From: Vulcanimicrobiota bacterium | GTDB lineage: Bacteria > Vulcanimicrobiota > Vulcanimicrobiia > Vulcanimicrobiales > Vulcanimicrobiaceae | Direction: 5' to 3' | Assembly (NCBI GenBank): GCA_963777315.1 | Contig: CAVZQC010000001.1 | Coordinates: 256,001 to 320,000, forward strand | DNA: 64,000 bases | Shown: in pieces, positions 1-9,151 of the stretch | Layout of the letters: the number at the start of each line of letters is the position of its first letter | How positions within the stretch are numbered: position 1 is the first letter of the stretch | Position numbers and translations under genes: made by a program | Notes under the pieces: model-generated | What the model saw: the letters and a program-made list of their open reading frames with translations, nothing else | The model's database searches: none | Told to the model about the DNA's origin: nothing

Positions 1-1
1 C

Positions 2-430
2 GTCGGGCTCAGCGGCGGCATCGGCACCACCAAACCGTTCAAGTACGCCGGCGCAGTCAATGTGGATGCCTACCGGTTAGCGCAGGCCCTCAACGATCGC
101 AACATCCCCGGAGTGTACTTCCGCCCTGCGTATTGGTCGCCGCTATTGAGCGGGCGCAATCAGCCCGAGTACGGCGGCGTCGAACTGGATGTGTACGAGC
201 CTAGCGTCTTTCCGGCCGTACGCACGGCCGTAGAACTCATCACTGCCGTGCGCGACGTTTCGCCCAACGCTCTGCGCATTCGTTCAAAGCAGTTGGCCAT
301 TGATTGGGGCACCGATACGCTCGAACGCGGGGTGCGCGACGGACTGCAGACCCGGCAAATCATGCAGGGTTGGCATGCAAGCCTCGAACGGTTTCTGTCG
401 ATCCGCCGCAAGTACTTGCTGTACGATTGA
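2..430 (+). CDS. Exo-beta-N-acetylmuramidase NamZ/DUF1343 family, C-terminal part (5' truncated by window)
   Basis: Motifs 'PGVYFRP', 'GGVEL' and 'FLSIRRKYLLYD*' are typical of the YbbC/NamZ C-terminus; frame open from window start. Confidence 0.8.
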   Translation, partial: VGLSGGIGTTKPFKYAGAVNVDAYRLAQALNDRNIPGVYFRPAYWSPLLSGRNQPEYGGVELDVYEPSVFPAVRTAVELITAVRDVSPNALRIRSKQLAIDWGTDTLERGVRDGLQTRQIMQGWHASLERFLSIRRKYLLYD

Positions 431-433
431 ACT

Positions 434-955
434 TTAGTCCAGGCCGCCGCGGCGGGTGCGCAAGTAGTTGATCTGCCAGAGATGAATGAAACGCTGCAGT
501 TCTTCCTGCGTTTTAGGATCGATGTCCACGAACGCTACGCCGTGTTCGAACGTTCGCCGGTCGCGATTGAAGAACGTCGCAAGTACCGTTGCCTTCACGT
601 TCATCGGAGGAAATCTCTGGGGTTGCACTTTGACCGTTTCGGGGCGCAGCCCGAAGGGGCTTTGCTCGTACAGTTCCTTTTCGATCGTCATGTTCGCTAG
701 AAATTCATCGGGAAGCGTGAATTCCAGCTGGAGGATGCACCCGTTCAACAGGTCCTCGCGGCACGATAGGCGCAGGCCGCCGGCGCTCAGGTCGTTTGCC
801 TTAGCGGCGCACCGCTGTGATGCGCCTTGGAGCCTGTATTGCACGTCGAACTCGACGGGCATGCGGAACGCTGAACGTTTTTGGCCGCTCGGCAGGGGAG
901 TTTTGCGCCGCGGCTGGGGTTTTTTCTTCTTGAGGAACCTGTAAAAAAGTCCCAC
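434..955 (-). CDS. PilZ domain protein (c-di-GMP binding)
   Basis: RxxxR ('KRSAFRMP') and DxSxxG ('DLSAGG') motifs; C-terminal 'HGVAFVDI...ELQRFI'. Confidence 0.85.
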   Translation of the reverse strand: MGLFYRFLKKKKPQPRRKTPLPSGQKRSAFRMPVEFDVQYRLQGASQRCAAKANDLSAGGLRLSCREDLLNGCILQLEFTLPDEFLANMTIEKELYEQSPFGLRPETVKVQPQRFPPMNVKATVLATFFNRDRRTFEHGVAFVDIDPKTQEELQRFIHLWQINYLRTRRGGLD

Positions 956-1007
956 GTCGAGAGCCAGCTTAAAGGCGCCCGGTGCAGTTCCTCCTAAACA
1001 CCACCGC

Positions 1008-2387
1008 GTGCTGGTACAGCGGTTGTCCGATGCGCTCGGAGCGGATGCGGTAAAAACCGAACCGGAAGATTGCTCCGTCTACGCGTTCGATGCGTATTCC
1101 GAGGGACGGCTTCCCACGGCAGTGGTGCTTCCGACTTCTACGCGCGAAGTTGCCGCTGCAGTGAAAATCGCGCGAGATTGCGGCGAGCCGATCGTCGCGC
1201 GCGGTGCGGGCACGGGTCTGTGCGGGGGCGCCGTTCCGGCCCAGGGCGGCATCGTGTTTTCGTTTGCGCGCATGAATCGTTTGCTGGAGCTCGACGTGCG
1301 CAACCGGCGCGCGCGCGTGCAACCCGGCCTGGTAAATTTGGATCTCTCCAAACTCACCTCCGGCGCAGGATTGTTTTACGCGCCCGATCCGTCGTCGCAA
1401 CGGACCTCGACGATCGGCGGCAACATCGGCACGAACGCGGGCGGCCCGCACTGTTTGTCGTACGGAACGACGGTCAATCACGTGCTGGCCTTGGAAGTCG
1501 TCGACGAATCGGGCGAAGTCTTTCACACTTCGGTCGAAGAGGACGGCTACGATTTGACCGGCGCGCTGGTCGGAAGCGAAGGGACCTTGGGCATTACGTG
1601 CTCGGCGTGGGTGCGGCTCATGCGTTCGCCGGAATCGGTTCGGGTGTGGCTGGCGGGATTCGCCAACGTCGAAAACGCTTCAGCCGCCGTTTCGGCGATC
1701 GTCGGGGCCGGTATCGTGCCCACTGCGCTCGAGATGCTCGATCGCCTCGCGCTGCAGGCCGTCGAGGCGGCGTTCCATTGCGGTTATCCAACCGACGCCG
1801 GCGCCGTGCTGCTCATCGAAAGCGCCGGCTTCCAAGAGGACCTGGACTCGTATGAGTCGCAAATGGCCCGCCTGGTCCGCGACGCCGGCGCGCTGTCGTG
1901 GCGTTCGGCGCGGTCGCAAGCCGAGCGCGACGCGCTCTGGGCGGGGCGTAAAGGCGCGCTGGGAGCCACCGGACGCATCGCTCCCAACTACTACATTCAA
2001 GACGTCGTCGTGCCGCGAACCAAACTTCCCCAAGCACTGCAGGCGGTCGAGTCCGCCTGTGACGCCCGCAGCATCAAAGTCGCGAACGTTTTTCACGCCG
2101 GCGACGGCAATCTGCACCCTTTGCTGATGTACGATCGCAGCGATCGCAGGCAAGTCGGCGCGGTGATCGATGCCGGCAACGAAATACTGCAAGCCGCCGT
2201 CGATCTAGGCGGAACGATCAGCGGCGAGCATGGCATCGGCTACGAAAAACGGGGAACGCTGACGCGTATTTTCAGCACGGACGATCTGGCGACGATGGCG
2301 CGCGTGCGCGAGGTATTCGATCCCAAGCGCGCGCTCAATCCGGAAAAAATCTTCCCCGCCGGCGTGAGCTGCGCTGAAGTGCAATGA
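1008..2387 (+). CDS. glcD: FAD-linked oxidase, glycolate oxidase subunit GlcD-like
   Basis: 'RGAGTGLCGG', 'YAPDPSSQ', 'TNAGGPHCLSYG', 'GSEGTLG', 'HAGDGNLHP', 'GEHGIG'. Confidence 0.88.
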   Translation: MLVQRLSDALGADAVKTEPEDCSVYAFDAYSEGRLPTAVVLPTSTREVAAAVKIARDCGEPIVARGAGTGLCGGAVPAQGGIVFSFARMNRLLELDVRNRRARVQPGLVNLDLSKLTSGAGLFYAPDPSSQRTSTIGGNIGTNAGGPHCLSYGTTVNHVLALEVVDESGEVFHTSVEEDGYDLTGALVGSEGTLGITCSAWVRLMRSPESVRVWLAGFANVENASAAVSAIVGAGIVPTALEMLDRLALQAVEAAFHCGYPTDAGAVLLIESAGFQEDLDSYESQMARLVRDAGALSWRSARSQAERDALWAGRKGALGATGRIAPNYYIQDVVVPRTKLPQALQAVESACDARSIKVANVFHAGDGNLHPLLMYDRSDRRQVGAVIDAGNEILQAAVDLGGTISGEHGIGYEKRGTLTRIFSTDDLATMARVREVFDPKRALNPEKIFPAGVSCAEVQ

Positions 2388-3598
2388 TCGCCGATCGCGT
2401 TCTGCCGCATACGGTGCAGGAAATGTCCGACAGGATCGCCGGCTGGAACGCGCAGGGTTTGCCGGTAACGATCGAAGGCGCAAATACGCTTGCGGGGATG
2501 GGATCGCCGGCGCGGTCGGACGTCTCCCTCGTGACGACGCGCTTGAACGGCGTGCTCGCCTACGAGCATCACGATATGACGTGTGCGGTGCAGGCCGGCG
2601 TCAGTCTGGCGCAGCTCGCCGGTGTTTTAGGCGAGCACGGTCAGTTCGTGCCGCTTGACGCGCCGCTTTGCGCATCCGCGACGCTGGGAGGAACGGTGGC
2701 GGCCGGCTGGCTCGGACCGCGCCGGCATTTGTACGGACGTCCGCGCGATTTTATCATCGGCTCCCAGGTCGTTCTTGCCGATGGAACCATCGCCAAAGCG
2801 GGCGGCATGGTGGTCAAGAACGTGAGCGGATACGACATGAGCAAGCTGTACGTCGGATCGTTCGGTACGCTGGGCGCGATCGCGCAGCTCAATCTCAAAA
2901 CGTTGCCGCTTCCCCCGCGACGGCGCGTTCTGATCGCGCAGCTGCCTGAAGGCTCGCGCCCCAAAGCGATCGCCCAACTCGTATCGCTGCCGGTTTACCC
3001 GGCCGCCGCGTGCTGCATCGAAGGTTTCCGCAAAACGATCGACGGCGAAGATGGCGTCGATGGGCGGCTTTTCTTACTGCTCGAAGGATCCGAGGCGTTG
3101 CTGGAACGCGCAACGCGCGATATGCGTTCGGCTCTGGGGCGCGCGGGGGTGCCCGAAACGGTCATCCTCGACGCGGGCGCCGGACAAAGCGTCCAGCGTT
3201 TGATCGACGCAGAGATCGCTTGCGTTGGGGAACGTTCCATCACGTACCGTTCGCTGGGAATGCCTGACGGCGTCGAACGGCGCGCGACCGCAATGCGGGA
3301 TGCGGCCCACCGTCACGAGCTGTTTACCGACGTGCTGCTCGACGTCATGAACGGCGACGTGTTTTTGCGCATAACCGAGCGCGACAGCCGCGTGTTTGCC
3401 GGGAAGGCAGAGGCGTTCCACGACGAGCTGCGCTCGCTCGAGCCGCGCAGCGTTATCGTCGCCGGGAAGGCGCCCATTCGGGATTGCCTGGACGCGTGGG
3501 GAGCGCCGCCGGCGGCGATCGAGAAAATGCTCGCGATAAAAGCCCGATTCGATCCGAAGGGTACGCTCAATCCCGGGCGCTTCATCGCCGGACTCTAA
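2384..3598 (+). CDS. glcE: FAD-binding oxidoreductase, GlcE-like
   Basis: 'GGMVVKNVSGYDMSKLYVGSFGTLG', 'KARFDPKGTLNPGRF'; ATGA overlap with glcD. Confidence 0.82.
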   Translation: MIADRVLPHTVQEMSDRIAGWNAQGLPVTIEGANTLAGMGSPARSDVSLVTTRLNGVLAYEHHDMTCAVQAGVSLAQLAGVLGEHGQFVPLDAPLCASATLGGTVAAGWLGPRRHLYGRPRDFIIGSQVVLADGTIAKAGGMVVKNVSGYDMSKLYVGSFGTLGAIAQLNLKTLPLPPRRRVLIAQLPEGSRPKAIAQLVSLPVYPAAACCIEGFRKTIDGEDGVDGRLFLLLEGSEALLERATRDMRSALGRAGVPETVILDAGAGQSVQRLIDAEIACVGERSITYRSLGMPDGVERRATAMRDAAHRHELFTDVLLDVMNGDVFLRITERDSRVFAGKAEAFHDELRSLEPRSVIVAGKAPIRDCLDAWGAPPAAIEKMLAIKARFDPKGTLNPGRFIAGL

Positions 3599-3602
3599 CC
3601 GG

Positions 3603-4670
3603 GTGCTGTCCAAAGAAATCCGCTGGGCCCAGGCACGCGTGCTTTTGGGACCGCGGCGCTTGAGGTTTCTTCTCGACGGCGGTTTGGACGACGTGCTGGA
3701 TTTGCGGAGATTTTTGGTGCACGTCGTGCCACTCGCGCGCGCGGCACTGGCGCGGTTGGAGTATTTGGCTCATAGAATTCCCGACGCACAGCTGCGCGCG
3801 CAAGCGCTTTCATGTCTGCACGCAAAAGCGTATCATGTGGCCGGCGCGGGCATTCTGGCAACCTTTTTACCCAGCATGGCACGCGAACATTACATGGAGA
3901 TCGTCGCGCCGCTCGAAACGATATACGATTTCCTCGACTCTCTGTGCGACCGTCACCCGCAAACTCCGGTGCGCGCCTTTCGTCAGCTGCATGAAGCGCT
4001 GACCGACGCGTTGGATCCGGGACGCCCGATGCACGAGTATTACCTCTACGGACCGCCGGGCGACGATGGAGATTACCTGCACACGCTCGTGCGTCGCGTG
4101 CGGCATGCTCTGAGCCGGCTGGGCGACTACGAGCTGCTCGTACCGTATTTCCGTCACGCAGCCGAGTTGTATGCCGATACGCAAACGTTCAAACACTTGC
4201 CGCCCGGCGAACGTGAACGCGCGTGCATCGACTGGCACGCTCGCGAAGGCGGATCTTTCGGAGACTTATCCTGGTGGGAATTCGCCGCGGCGGCGGGATC
4301 GCAGTTTCAAGTCTATGCGCCGCTCTATGCCGGATTCTGCAGCGAGTTCGACCGCATCGGCCAAACGTATGCAGCGTACTTTCCGGCATTCTCGGCCTTG
4401 CACGTACTGCTGGATTCGTTCATCGACCAAGCCGAGGATCGCGCCCACGGAGAGCTCAGTTGGGTCGAGTGCTATGCCGGACCGCAAGAGTTTCTCAATC
4501 GCGCCGGCGTGCTGGCGGGGCGAGGACGCTCGGCGTTTGCGGGCCTCGCGATGCCGCGCGCGCACTTCTTCGCTCTGCGCATCATGGCGCTGTTCTACTC
4601 CACCCATCCCAAAGTTGCGCAGCAGCGCCTCAACGACGAAGCGCTCGATCTGCTGGAGGCGCTGGCTTGA
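3603..4670 (+). CDS. DUF2600 / tetraprenyl-beta-curcumene synthase (YtpB-like, class IB terpene synthase)
   Basis: 'YDFLDSLCDR', 'LSWWEFAAAAGS' and 'LHVLLDSFIDQAED' match the YtpB-family Asp-rich motifs. Confidence 0.78.
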   Translation: MLSKEIRWAQARVLLGPRRLRFLLDGGLDDVLDLRRFLVHVVPLARAALARLEYLAHRIPDAQLRAQALSCLHAKAYHVAGAGILATFLPSMAREHYMEIVAPLETIYDFLDSLCDRHPQTPVRAFRQLHEALTDALDPGRPMHEYYLYGPPGDDGDYLHTLVRRVRHALSRLGDYELLVPYFRHAAELYADTQTFKHLPPGERERACIDWHAREGGSFGDLSWWEFAAAAGSQFQVYAPLYAGFCSEFDRIGQTYAAYFPAFSALHVLLDSFIDQAEDRAHGELSWVECYAGPQEFLNRAGVLAGRGRSAFAGLAMPRAHFFALRIMALFYSTHPKVAQQRLNDEALDLLEALA

Positions 4671-5289
4671 CCAGCCCTGCAATGCCCCGGAGGTCTTCGA
4701 TGAATTTGCCCAGCTCGCGCCGGCGTGTTTGGTCGTCGGGCGCGCGCAATATCGAAGAAGGATGCACCGTGGCCACCACGCGTGGCGCCAGCGGGGAAGT
4801 CATCACTTCGCCGCGGTGCTTGGTCAGACGGAACGCGGATCCCAACAGCGCCTGCGCTGCGGTGGCACCCAGCGCAACGACGACGTCGGGCCGCACCAGC
4901 TCGATTTCCGAGCGCAGCCACGGCGCACAAGCCTGAATCTCGATGACTTTGGGCTTGGCATGGATGCGCCGCTTTCCCCGCACGATGTACTTGAAGTGTT
5001 TGACCGCGTTGGTTATGTAGACGTTTGCCGGTTCGATGTTTGCGGCTGCCATCGCTTTGCGCAGTAGCATTCCAGCCGGCCCGACAAACGGGTGGCCTTG
5101 GCGGTCTTCGACGTCTCCGGGCTGTTCGCCGACGAACAATAGGCGCGCGCGAGCTTTACCTTCGCCGAATACGGTCTGGGTCGCCGCCTTGTACAGATCG
5201 CATCCGCGGCAACGCGCCGCCGCCTGCCGCAAACTCTTGAGCGAACGCTTTTGCGGAAGATATTCGGCCGCAGACCGGTGCTCGTTCAC
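4630..5289 (-). CDS. udgX: UdgX-family uracil-DNA glycosylase/binding protein
   Basis: 'CRGCDLY' Fe-S Cys, 'GEQPGDVED', 'PFVGPAG', 'KRRIHAKP' R-loop, 'HPSSILR'; GTG start overlapping the MFS stop. Confidence 0.85.
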   Translation of the reverse strand: MNEHRSAAEYLPQKRSLKSLRQAAARCRGCDLYKAATQTVFGEGKARARLLFVGEQPGDVEDRQGHPFVGPAGMLLRKAMAAANIEPANVYITNAVKHFKYIVRGKRRIHAKPKVIEIQACAPWLRSEIELVRPDVVVALGATAAQALLGSAFRLTKHRGEVMTSPLAPRVVATVHPSSILRAPDDQTRRRELGKFIEDLRGIAGLVKPAPPADRALRR

Positions 5290-6491
5290 GAAGCCACGGC
5301 GGTGCTCGACGCTCGTGCATACCCCGGGCCGATGCGGCGTCCGGCAAGCCAATACGCTAACGCGCAAAGTATCGGCAACGCGCTCACGCACAGCAGGGCG
5401 CCCGAGGCGCCGATCCGCGCCACGCCGAACCCGACCGCCGTCACCAGCGCCGACCCGGCACCGAATGCCACGCCGTTCATCAATCCCAGCGCCATGCCCA
5501 GATTGCGCGGCAGCATGCGCTGAACGATCGCCACGCTCGGGGCGCTTTGCACGTTGAGCAAAACGCCCGCGAACAACAATGCGGCTACGCCGACCGGACC
5601 GCCCAATACGAAAAACCCGTACAGCACCGGAGCCGAGACAATGAGACTTCCCACGGCGATAGCAAGCGCGCCGAACCGATCTCCCAGCCAGCCTCCGGCA
5701 TACAGACCGATGACTCCGACCGCCAAGAAAGCCGTGACGAGCGTTCCGGCTTGCGCGATCGTGCCGCCGCGCGCAACGACGAGATTCGGAAGATACGTCA
5801 TGAACGACGCTCCGACCAAATACTTCAACGCCGTCCCGGCCACCAGCAATCCAACGCCGGTCTTATCGACGGGTTGTTCTCCGGCCGCAAGCGAGGCATG
5901 GTGCGCCTGCGTCGCGCGCTGCGCGCGATCGGCCAAGGTGCGCATGAGGACGAACGTCACTGCGACCGCCGCCGCGCCGGGGATCAGCATCCAGACCGAA
6001 CCGGCCGTGCCGCCGTGCGTGATGAGCGCCGCGATTGCGAGAGGGCCAAACGCGTATCCGACTGCGCCGCCGATCTGAAAGATCGAGATTCCGCCCGATT
6101 TGCGATCGCCGCTGAGCAGCGCGGCGTACTTGCCGGCTTCGGGATGCATGATCGCCGAACCGAGGCCGCCCACGACGGTCAACGCGGCCAAAACGGCAAT
6201 TCCGGGCGAAAGCCCAATGAACGATACTGCGGTTGCAGTCAAGCCGACGGAAGCGGGAAGAAACCACCACCGGCCGGCTCTATCCGAATAGGCGCCGAAC
6301 AGCGGTTGGACGATGGAGCTCGTCAGATACCAAAGGAATCCGATCGCGCCTTGATACAGCGGCGAAAGCCGGTGCGCCGTCACGATCGCGAAAATCAAGA
6401 ACGGCACCATGCCGGAGAAAAAATCGGACGCACCGTGCGCGAACCCCATGGTCAAGAGTCCGCGCAGGTGCCAAGTCTGTTTGGTGCGCAC
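5286..6491 (-). CDS. MFS transporter (Fsr-like)
   Basis: About 12 hydrophobic segments; 'QPLFGAYSDRAGR', 'HPEA', 'GWLGDRFG'. Confidence 0.85.
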   Translation of the reverse strand: MRTKQTWHLRGLLTMGFAHGASDFFSGMVPFLIFAIVTAHRLSPLYQGAIGFLWYLTSSIVQPLFGAYSDRAGRWWFLPASVGLTATAVSFIGLSPGIAVLAALTVVGGLGSAIMHPEAGKYAALLSGDRKSGGISIFQIGGAVGYAFGPLAIAALITHGGTAGSVWMLIPGAAAVAVTFVLMRTLADRAQRATQAHHASLAAGEQPVDKTGVGLLVAGTALKYLVGASFMTYLPNLVVARGGTIAQAGTLVTAFLAVGVIGLYAGGWLGDRFGALAIAVGSLIVSAPVLYGFFVLGGPVGVAALLFAGVLLNVQSAPSVAIVQRMLPRNLGMALGLMNGVAFGAGSALVTAVGFGVARIGASGALLCVSALPILCALAYWLAGRRIGPGYARASSTAVAS

Positions 6492-6501
6492 TACCGGTGC
6501 T

Positions 6502-7725
6502 TTATCGGCGGGCGGCTGCCATCTCCTCGCGCGGTGCGACCTCGCCTCGCGTCACGGCGGCCGGACGGACGAACGACTTGACGAAATCGTCCTCGTGCTT
6601 GGCCATGAGCCGGTAAAACTCGGGCACGTCGTCAAGCGTTCCGCGGTGCGTGATGATGAACGACGGATCGATGTCGCCTCGGCGTACGCGATCGAGCAGC
6701 GGACGGATGTAACGCTGCATGTGCGTTTGCCCGGTGCGAACCTGCAGGCCCTTTTCGAAAATCGTTCCCATCGGCATCTTGTCGATGAATCCGCCATACA
6801 CGCCGGGTACGGAAACGGTGCCGCCCTTCCCGCACGCTTGAATTGCCAGCCGCAAAACGTGCGCGCGGTCCAATTCCAAGCGCACGGACTGCTTGGCCTT
6901 ATCGATCACTGCATCCGGAGTTCGGCCGTGCGCCTCCATTCCCACGCAATCGATGCACGAGTCGGGTCCTCGTCCGCCGGTCATCTCGTGCAGCGCTTCC
7001 AGAATGTTGACTTCGTCGAAGTCGACCGGAATCGCTCCGGCGTTTCGTGCCATTTCCAATCGCTCCGGTATCCGATCGATCGCAATGACGCGTTCGGCTC
7101 CCAGCAAAAGTGCGCTGCGAACGGCAAATTGTCCGACGGGACCACAGCCCCACACGGCGACGACGTCGCCCTGCTTGACGTCGGCGTTTTCGGCACCCAT
7201 GTAGCCGGTAGGGAAAATGTCCGTCAGGTACAATGCGCGCTCGTCCTCGATCTCATCGGGAACCACTACCGGTCCGACGTCGGCAAACGGCACTCGAACG
7301 TACTCTGCCTGTCCGCCGGAGTATCCGCCGAACAAGTGCGAGTATCCGAACAATCCGGCGCAGGAAAACCCATACAGACGCTCGGCCATGCCGGCGTTGG
7401 GGTTGGAATTGTCGCACAACGCCCACTGGTCGCGCACGCACGGCTCGCAGTTTCCGCACGCGATGTTGAATGGAACGACGACACGATCGCCGCCGCGAAG
7501 CGTATTTACGCCCGGCCCCACCTCTTGCACGATCCCCATGAACTCATGGCCCAGAATGTCGCCCGGCTTCATCGTCGGCATCATACCGTTGTACAAATGA
7601 AGATCCGAACCGCACACGGCCGTGGCTGTGACTCGCACGATCGCATCTCGAGGGTTGAGAATCTGCGGATCTTTCACTCGCTCGACGCGCACGTCATGCG
7701 TGCCGTTCCAAACGACTGCTTTCAT
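6502..7725 (-). CDS. Zinc-dependent alcohol dehydrogenase (formaldehyde dehydrogenase-like)
   Basis: 'CGSDLHLY', 'GHEFMG', CxxCxxCx7C, 'GCGPVG'. Confidence 0.9.
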   Translation of the reverse strand: MKAVVWNGTHDVRVERVKDPQILNPRDAIVRVTATAVCGSDLHLYNGMMPTMKPGDILGHEFMGIVQEVGPGVNTLRGGDRVVVPFNIACGNCEPCVRDQWALCDNSNPNAGMAERLYGFSCAGLFGYSHLFGGYSGGQAEYVRVPFADVGPVVVPDEIEDERALYLTDIFPTGYMGAENADVKQGDVVAVWGCGPVGQFAVRSALLLGAERVIAIDRIPERLEMARNAGAIPVDFDEVNILEALHEMTGGRGPDSCIDCVGMEAHGRTPDAVIDKAKQSVRLELDRAHVLRLAIQACGKGGTVSVPGVYGGFIDKMPMGTIFEKGLQVRTGQTHMQRYIRPLLDRVRRGDIDPSFIITHRGTLDDVPEFYRLMAKHEDDFVKSFVRPAAVTRGEVAPREEMAAARR

Positions 7726-8093
7726 GCGTAACGCCTCCCGGTGGCGATCTCTCCGGTTTCCAGCAGCGCTTTAGCGCGCCGGAGCACTTCCTTTACGTCG
7801 TACTTGCCGATGCCGCGCATCGTGAGATAGATTTCCGTACCGCGGCCCGCGGGCGCATCGCAAATCTCCAGATTATCGATATTGGCCAGCTTGCGTTTTG
7901 ACTCCAGCGCCTGGATCATGCGATCGCGAGATTCGACGAACTGTTCGACGCGCGAGCGGGGCGCAAGCACCGTGGCTGCTTGCGTAATCGGCCGGCGCAA
8001 ACGCGCGCGCGCGTTGCGAGCAAGATATGTAAGCGTCAGCCCGGCTACGGCGCCGGCAGCCAGAAGCGTTACGGAAGTGTTCCGCTCATTCAT
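7722..8093 (-). CDS. Small membrane-anchored protein resembling a shortened SRPBCC/cyclase-family protein
   Basis: N-terminal TM segment; 'APAGRGTE' and 'LRRAKALLETGEIAT' resemble SRPBCC C-termini; overlaps the ADH start. Confidence 0.55.
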   Translation of the reverse strand: MNERNTSVTLLAAGAVAGLTLTYLARNARARLRRPITQAATVLAPRSRVEQFVESRDRMIQALESKRKLANIDNLEICDAPAGRGTEIYLTMRGIGKYDVKEVLRRAKALLETGEIATGRRYA

Positions 8094-8130
8094 GCGCCCA
8101 GTTTTCCCGTAAAATGGGTAATCCCACGGC

Positions 8131-9147
8131 ATGCGCTTGCCATCGGGCTATAAATCCGCCGGTATCGTCCTTGCCGGCGCGCTTGCCTTGCGAATCGCCT
8201 CTCGCTTGCTGCGCCGAGTCGATGTGCGCGATAAGGTCGCGTTCATTACCGGAGGCTCCCGAGGTTTGGGACTTGCGATCGCGGTCGTTTGCGCGCGCGC
8301 GGGCATGCGCGTGGCAATTTGCGCGCGAGACGCGCAAACGCTCGAGCGGGCGGCTGGGCAGTTGCGTCGCTACGGCGCGCAGGTTCTCGCGCTCGCCTGC
8401 GACGTGCGCAATCGTAGCGAGATAGAAGAGGCGATCGGCCGTACTGCGGCCGAGTTCGGCAGGCTGGACTTGCTGGTGAACAACGCCGGCACCATCGCGG
8501 TCGGTCCGATGGAATCGATGACTATCGACGATTACGCAGATGCGATGAGCACGCACTTTTGGGCAATGTACTACGCGGTGGAAAGCGCCCTGCCGGTCTT
8601 CGAACGTCAAGGCAGCGGCCATATCGCCAACGTGACCTCCATTGGCGGAAAAATCAGCGTTCCGCACTTGCTGCCGTATTGCGCGAGCAAGTTTGCCGCG
8701 GTCGGCTACTCGGAAGGGCTGCGCTCCGCCTTGGGATCCAAAAACGTGAGCGTGACTACGGTGGTGCCGGGGTTGATGCGCACGGGAAGCCCGCGCAATG
8801 CTTGGTTCAAAGGACAGCATCGCAAAGAATACACCTGGTTTGCGCTTTCGGACGCACTGCCCGGATCGTCCATTTCCGCCGGCGCTGCGGCGCGGCGCAT
8901 CGTCGACGCGGCCATGCGCGGCGATGCGGAGATCGTTTTGTCGCTGCCGGCCCAGCTGGCGGTGCTCGCAAACGGCATCGCGCCTCGGCTGGTGTCCGCC
9001 GCACTGAAGATCGGCGCACGGCTGCTTCCGGGACCGGTTGCAGGAACCTCGCAGCGCGTGCGGGGCGCGCAGAGCGCAACCGCGTTGACCGACTCTGCAC
9101 TGACCGCGCTGAGCAAGAAGGCGGAACGCGACTACAACCAAATATGA
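8131..9147 (+). CDS. SDR family oxidoreductase
   Basis: 'TGGSRGLG', 'NNAG', YxxxK ('YCASK'). Confidence 0.9.
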   Translation: MRLPSGYKSAGIVLAGALALRIASRLLRRVDVRDKVAFITGGSRGLGLAIAVVCARAGMRVAICARDAQTLERAAGQLRRYGAQVLALACDVRNRSEIEEAIGRTAAEFGRLDLLVNNAGTIAVGPMESMTIDDYADAMSTHFWAMYYAVESALPVFERQGSGHIANVTSIGGKISVPHLLPYCASKFAAVGYSEGLRSALGSKNVSVTTVVPGLMRTGSPRNAWFKGQHRKEYTWFALSDALPGSSISAGAAARRIVDAAMRGDAEIVLSLPAQLAVLANGIAPRLVSAALKIGARLLPGPVAGTSQRVRGAQSATALTDSALTALSKKAERDYNQI

Positions 9148-9151
9148 CGGG

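Noticed and set aside
6500..6512. Sigma28-like -10 element (GCCGATAA) upstream of the MFS gene
   Set aside because: No matching TAAA -35 element, and it coincides with the ADH stop codon.
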